From positions 1 through 23,342 of the forward strand of contig PAVW01000011.1 of the NCBI GenBank assembly GCA_002713205.1: DNA of 23,342 nt. Direction: 5' to 3'. The translations under genes were made by a program, and so were the position numbers. Source of the DNA: Nitrososphaerota archaeon. GTDB lineage: Archaea > Thermoproteota > Nitrososphaeria > Nitrososphaerales > UBA57. Positions 21,731 to 23,342 of the stretch are shown here, piece after piece; position 1 is the stretch's first letter, and every line of letters begins with the position of its first letter. The notes under the pieces are model-generated. The model was not told the DNA's origin. It made no database searches and saw only the letters and a list, made by a program, of their open reading frames with translations.

Positions 21731-22610
21731 CAAAAGCTAATTTTAATTCATTAAATGAAAGAGACTCGCCTAATTCGAGTTTCTTTTTTGCTTTAATTTT
21801 TTCCTTTTCAAGAGTAACTTTCTTTTTTGCAATAATACCTGATTTGGTAAATTCTTTCATAGATTTTAAGATACGTTTACGTTCATTTTTTAATAAATTA
21901 ATTTCATAATCAGATTTATCTAATGCTTTATCTAAATCGAGTACTGTTTCACTATAATTTTCCAAATCAAGAAATAATTGTTCTCTGGTTGTTAATTGTT
22001 CATCAAATGTCTCTTTTTTATTTGCAAATGAAACCTTAATGGAATTATGAGAAGAATCGAGTGCGTCTAGTTTAGAACTCATTTGCTTAATTTCAGTAAA
22101 AAGACCATGTAATTCTTTTTTATTTGAATCAACTTTCTTCCAATGACTAAGTTTTATTTCCAGAACTTTAATATATTCAATTAATTGTTTTTCTTCTTCT
22201 CGTGTGAGTCTTTGAGTTTGTAATTTCCATTCTATTGCAGTTAATTTTTTAGATAGAACGTTATAATTTTCTTTTAAACGAAAGTGACGTTCAGAAGAAC
22301 GTATTTGTTTCGATGATCTATCAAACTCTTGGAAAGCGTTATTAAGAGAACGTATTCGAGTTCTTATTTTTCTTATGTTTGTAATTATAGTAAATCTTTT
22401 ACTACGTAGAGAATTAATTTGTTTGTATAATGGTTCAAGTTCAGCTTTATCTACAGCTAGTTTTGAAGTAATATTAACAATCTCAGCCCGAATACCTATT
22501 TTTTTTTGATGTATAGATTTTAATTGTAATATCATATTATCTCTAGAATCTAATAATTCATTGATTTTTGTATTTATTTGCGTAATATTAGGATTATCTT
22601 TAGTTTCCAA
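21705..22610 (-). CDS. Archaeal long coiled-coil protein (COG1340-like), acidic C-terminal tail
   Basis: 301 aa of heptad-rich K/E/L/I sequence. The IEWKLQTQRLTREEEKQLIEYI segment resembles archaeal COG1340 coiled-coil proteins. C-terminus LSFNELKLAFDEDDDYLK. The start is TTG 22610, or possibly ATG at 22538 (codon 25). Confidence 0.55.
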   Translation of the reverse strand: METKDNPNITQINTKINELLDSRDNMILQLKSIHQKKIGIRAEIVNITSKLAVDKAELEPLYKQINSLRSKRFTIITNIRKIRTRIRSLNNAFQEFDRSSKQIRSSERHFRLKENYNVLSKKLTAIEWKLQTQRLTREEEKQLIEYIKVLEIKLSHWKKVDSNKKELHGLFTEIKQMSSKLDALDSSHNSIKVSFANKKETFDEQLTTREQLFLDLENYSETVLDLDKALDKSDYEINLLKNERKRILKSMKEFTKSGIIAKKKVTLEKEKIKAKKKLELGESLSFNELKLAFDEDDDYLK

Positions 22611-22708
22611 ACAGTATTAGTAATAACTGCATGAATAAAATATTTATGGACAATTCGTATAGTAAATGTTAATAGTGACTTAAATTCAGTAGAATTCTTT
22701 AGTCAATA

Positions 22709-23275
22709 ATGATACAGCCTATATGGGTAATCACAGGAAGACCTGGAAGTGGTAAATCAAAATTAATCAATTATATAGTTAATTCTTTATCGGAATCAGG
22801 ATACAAATTAGGCGGAATTTTAAAAAGAAATATAAAAATAAATGGTAAAAGAACAGGATTTCAAATTGTAGATATATCGACAGGAAAAACAGGCACATTA
22901 GCAACAATTAATGGAAAATTAGGTCCGAGATTTGGAAAATATAGAATTAATTTAACAGATCTATCCAATGTAGGAATCACAGCAATAAATTCAGCAAGAG
23001 AATATTCAGATATCATAATATGCGATGAAATAGGGCCAATGGAATTATATAGTTTAGATTTTTGTGAATCAATAGAATTATTACTAAATTGCAATAAGCC
23101 ATTTATTTGCACGGTGCAGTCAAAATTCAAGCATCCAATTATTAATAAAATACTTAATGCATCAAATTCAAAAATAATCAATTTAACAAAAGAAAATAGA
23201 AATAATAGAAAAAAACCACTTTTAACTGAAATAATTAATAATTTAGATGATAAAATTGAACATAACAGGTATTGA
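22709..23275 (+). CDS. Nucleoside-triphosphatase THEP1/NTPCR family
   Basis: Walker A VITGRPGSGKSKL, GF..VD, Walker B IIICDEIGPMEL. The size (188 aa) is typical of the family. Confidence 0.8.
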   Translation: MIQPIWVITGRPGSGKSKLINYIVNSLSESGYKLGGILKRNIKINGKRTGFQIVDISTGKTGTLATINGKLGPRFGKYRINLTDLSNVGITAINSAREYSDIIICDEIGPMELYSLDFCESIELLLNCNKPFICTVQSKFKHPIINKILNASNSKIINLTKENRNNRKKPLLTEIINNLDDKIEHNRY

Positions 23276-23342
23276 TGAGGCAGGAAGAGGTTCAATAATT
23301 GGCCCTTTAGTAGTAGCTGGTGTATGTGCAAATAAAGAAACC
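23247..23342 (+). CDS. rnhB: Ribonuclease HII, 5' fragment (runs off the right edge; not in the ORF track)
   Basis: My own translation is MIKLNITGIDEAGRGSIIGPLVVAGVCANKET. GIDEAGRG...GPLVVAGV is the RNase HII N-terminal catalytic motif. The ATG at 23247 overlaps the THEP1 3' end by 29 nt. Confidence 0.8.
   Translation, partial: MIKLNITGIDEAGRGSIIGPLVVAGVCANKET

Noticed and set aside
22861-23331. 156-aa minus-strand ORF
   Set aside because: It is antisense to the THEP1 NTPase and the rnhB start. The translation is hydrophobic and low-complexity (LLLKGQLLNLFLPHQYLL...) with no motif, so I treat it as a shadow ORF.
1-23342. Scan for CRISPR repeats, tRNA/rRNA-like GC-rich islands, C/D-box sRNAs in spacers, transposase/integrase genes, toxin-antitoxin pairs or known defence genes
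   Set aside because: I found none. Every stretch longer than 135 nt is occupied by a conserved housekeeping or biosynthetic CDS, and the spacers are short and almost pure AT. The window looks like core chromosome, not an accessory island.

Overview
This is an archaeal chromosomal backbone segment, very AT-rich (about 30% GC by eye) and extremely compact. My tally of gaps between CDS is about 0.8 kb of 23.3 kb. Many junctions are 1-8 nt overlaps, and two convergent gene pairs have only 0 and 6 nt between their stop codons. The gene content is archaeal FEN1 with a C-terminal PIP box, aEF-2, a short archaeal-type PurA, the LysW amino-group-carrier pathway, an Lrp/AsnC regulator, a COG1340-like coiled-coil protein, DUF373, THEP1 and RNase HII. 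That content and the N/K/I-rich proteins fit a streamlined Nitrosopumilales-like (thaumarchaeal) genome. All family calls come from motifs read in the translations and recalled from memory; no database search was run.

I support 28 CDS. Two are absent from the supplied ORF track: a 57-aa lysW at 13064..13237 and the 5' fragment of rnhB at 23247..23342. Several others need shorter N-termini than the track gives, and at least six appear to use GTG or TTG starts. I saw no rRNA, tRNA, CRISPR array, transposase/integrase or recognisable defence genes.

Most interesting observations:
1. A tight operon of a zinc-ribbon threonine-synthase-family PLP enzyme, a Gly-Gly-ended ubiquitin-like sulfur-carrier protein and an E1 adenylyltransferase. 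It is a candidate protein-thiocarboxylate-dependent amino-acid (homocysteine/cysteine) synthase.
2. The E1 carries an unusual C-terminal domain of about 120 aa that reads like a single TBP-type half-barrel where other E1s have a rhodanese domain.
3. A nine-gene argG-argH-lysW-lysX-lysY-lysZ-lysJ-lrp-lysK operon physically joins the LysW carrier module to the last two arginine steps and has an embedded LysM-like regulator.
4. A methionine-free, TTG-initiated HTH+ACT protein is divergent from argG across a 55-bp control region that holds a (TAAA)4 repeat and a GC-containing palindrome.
5. aEF-2 has HRSF instead of the canonical HRGP next to the diphthamide histidine.
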